DNA of 64,000 nt from Basidiobolus meristosporus CBS 931.73 (taxonomy: Eukaryota; Fungi; Basidiobolomycota), in NCBI GenBank assembly GCA_002104905.1, contig MCFE01000154.1, forward strand, positions 1 to 64,000. The letters run 5' to 3'. Shown here piece by piece: positions 61,400-64,000 of the stretch. Each line of letters starts with the position of its first letter. Position 1 is the stretch's first letter. The notes beneath the pieces were generated by a model. The model was given only the letters and a program-made list of their open reading frames with translations, ran no database searches and was not told where the DNA came from. The position numbers and the translations under genes were made by a program.

Positions 61400-64000
61400 C
61401 CTAGAATTTGAAGGCAAAGATCACAGTGACTAAGTTAGGAGAATATTTAAGTCAAATTACAATTTTTTCAACACTCCCACTCAGCTAAATGTTCATATTG
61501 ACTAGTCCTAATTTTGACCTAAGATATTCAAACTTGTCTCTAGCTAATGTTTTGTAACTATATATGCAAGCAATTCATCTGATAGACATTAAACTAAACT
61601 AACTTAGTTATTCCCTATGGCTTCACATATGAAATGATGTCTAATATCTATATGCTTAGTTCTAGCATGAAAAGTTGGATTTCTACCTAATTGTATATAT
61701 CCTTGATTATCTTGAAATTCAGTAATAGGCATTTCTTGACATAGGCCTTAATCTATAAAAAGCTTTCTTAACCACATTGCTTCTTTTGTAGCTTCAAGGG
61801 CTGCCATATACTCTACCTCTGTGGTAGAAAGTGCCACAGTTGGTTGCTTTCTTGAATCCCATGACATTGCTCATTGACAGTAAGGAGTGGTGTATCCTGT
61901 GGTGGATCTTTTGTCTTCTACATTATGTCCCCATTTGCATCAGAGTATCCCACAAGATCCTGTTCTGAAACCTTCTAAGAGTATCTTTTGCATATTTCAG
62001 CAGTTCCTCTCAGATATCTATGCATCCGCTTAACTGCTGCAATATGATCAGATCCATAGTTCCAATAATGCTGGATGACAACTCCAACTGAATATAAGAT
62101 ATCTGCACATGTTCCAGCACTACATGCATCAACCTGCCAGTTGTAGATTGATAAGGGAAGTCAGGGCTTTCAGATAGCACCAAGCACTGTTGATTTGGTG
62201 GAGTATTGACCTAGTTGAGTTTGTCTCCATTGAGGTAGCTGCTGGTTTACAGTCTTCTGTATGGTACTTATTTAGTATATCTTGAACATGCTTGAACCTA
62301 TCTGCCTTGCAGTATATACTATAGTCAGCATTACTCCTTTGAAACTTAAAGAATCCAAATAAGAGTCTATCTTGCAATTCCAGGTTCTGGTGATTGTTAG
62401 AGACCATATAGATATTTTTTAAACTTGAAGGCCAAATGGAGTTATGTTGCTTAGCAAACCCATTAAGCTGGCTATATAAATGTCCTCACCAATTTCCCTG
62501 TTCAAAATTGTAGCTTTACATCCATTTGATGTAAAAAAAACTTGTATTTTGCGGCAATAGCCATCAATTGGATGCATTAAACTTGGCTACCGGTGCAAAG
62601 GTCTTAGTGTAGTCAAGTCCTTTAGTTTGAGAGTATCCTTTGGCCACAAGTTTTGCTTTGTATCTTTCAGCTGTGCCATGAGCCTTATACTTTGTCTTAA
62701 ACACCATTCTGCATCCAGTTGACTTTTAGTTAATTGGCAATTTGACTAAGTCCCATGTTTGATTTTCTATCAGGGCCTGATAATGCTCAGTCATTGCAGA
62801 TCTCCAAGACTTCACCTGAGAGCTATTCAGGGCCTCTTTTGCAGTCTGGGGATCATTAATAAGGACTGAATGGGTATGAGCCAAGTTTGTACCCTTATTG
62901 ATATTGTAATTTGGGCTATTTCTTGTCCTGTTATATCTCAGGCATTTGGTACCAGAATGATTATTTCTATGATATTCATGTGCTTTGATACAGGTTGAAT
63001 CACAGTTGCAGTGTCATCTTGGGTGAAAAAGTTCCCATTGTTTTGCTCTGACTCAATCAAACAACACATCCCTGGACTTGATTAGCTTCTTTGCTTCGGT
63101 ATTGTAAAGTCTATATGCTTTACTCTCATTGCAATAGCCAAAAAATATGCATTTTAGACTTTTTGACTGAAGTTTTAAGTGATTTCTGGGCAGTTTCTTG
63201 GCAAATGTTGTATACCCAAATATTCCTGGGTATTCTACACTTGGTCTGTATCCATACCACGCTTCAAATGAAGTAGAATCACAAAGTATTCTGTTATTAC
63301 TCCTATTTTTAAGGTATAGAGCTACAGCAACTAATCCTACCCAAAATTCATAGGATATTTTTGATCATGGATCATGGATCTTGTCAAATCAGTTATCACT
63401 CTGTTTGCACTAACTGCTAATCCATTTTGCTGTATGGAGTATGGTACAGTAGTCTCTTGCTTTATCCGATGAATTTTGCACAAGTGGATGAAGAGTTTTG
63501 AGCTATACTTTCTACCATTGTTAGAGCATATTTTCTTGATTTCTACCTGTTTCTCTCTACACCATGACTTGAAGCTCCCTGAGCTCAGACAGAGCTTCTT
63601 CCTTTCTCTCCATGAAGTTGATCCATATGTTTCTTGTATAATCATCACTAAAAGTGATTAAATACATCATCCAACTTAACATTAAGATTTGCATAGATCC
63701 ACACAGATCTGAGTGAAGTATATCTAATTTTTTGTTAGTTTTGGTTAATTCAGAGCTCTTGAACAGTTGTCTGGCTTGTTTCCAATATATGCAGGCTTCA
63801 CAGTGCCTCAAATTAGTTGAGGAATCATTACTTACTCTGGAAATTAGCTGATCTTTGATCAGTTTGCTCAAATAATCAAAATTGATACCCTATGAATAAA
63901 ATTGTTGTGGTCTTATTTCTCTCTACAATTGTTTTGAATGGATCTGACCAGCCAGGACATCAAATTGCTGTAAATGGCAAAAATTACGATGGTATTTTAA
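61400..64000 (-). mobile_element. Decayed copia family-A element (truncated 3' LTR 61400-61473, PPT, RH, RT, IN), running off the window end
   Basis: Reverse-complement match to 16.5-17.1 kb and 19-21.6 kb; [25 protein letters not shown] remnants with many stops. Confidence 0.9.

Overview
Eukaryotic, fungal-type genomic DNA with short GT-AG introns and a TTAGGG-type repeat. An early-diverging fungus is my inference and is not proven. The window has two sharply different halves. (1) About 1-15.7 kb is CpG-rich gene space with six supportable genes: a thioredoxin-related transmembrane protein running off the window start, RPL27, an uncharacterised circularly-permuted-type ATP-grasp ligase with a telomeric repeat in intron 1, a small 84-aa ORF, a 9-exon CaMK1-like kinase with two micro-exons, and an intronless bZIP factor. 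A roughly 4 kb gene-free CpG-rich stretch follows. (2) About 16-64 kb is an almost CpG-free nest of transposons: several decayed Ty1/copia copies, a young 4.65 kb copia with 370-bp LTRs and a GCCTC TSD, a complete Ty3/gypsy with a CATG TSD, four solo LTRs, many decayed Tnp2 (CACTA-like) fragments, and a two-ORF PIF/Harbinger-type (PHIS) element. That element comes with a family of ~730-bp fold-back (palindromic) non-autonomous derivatives whose two arms appear homogenised within each copy. All coordinates and difference counts were read by eye; no searches or computations were run.
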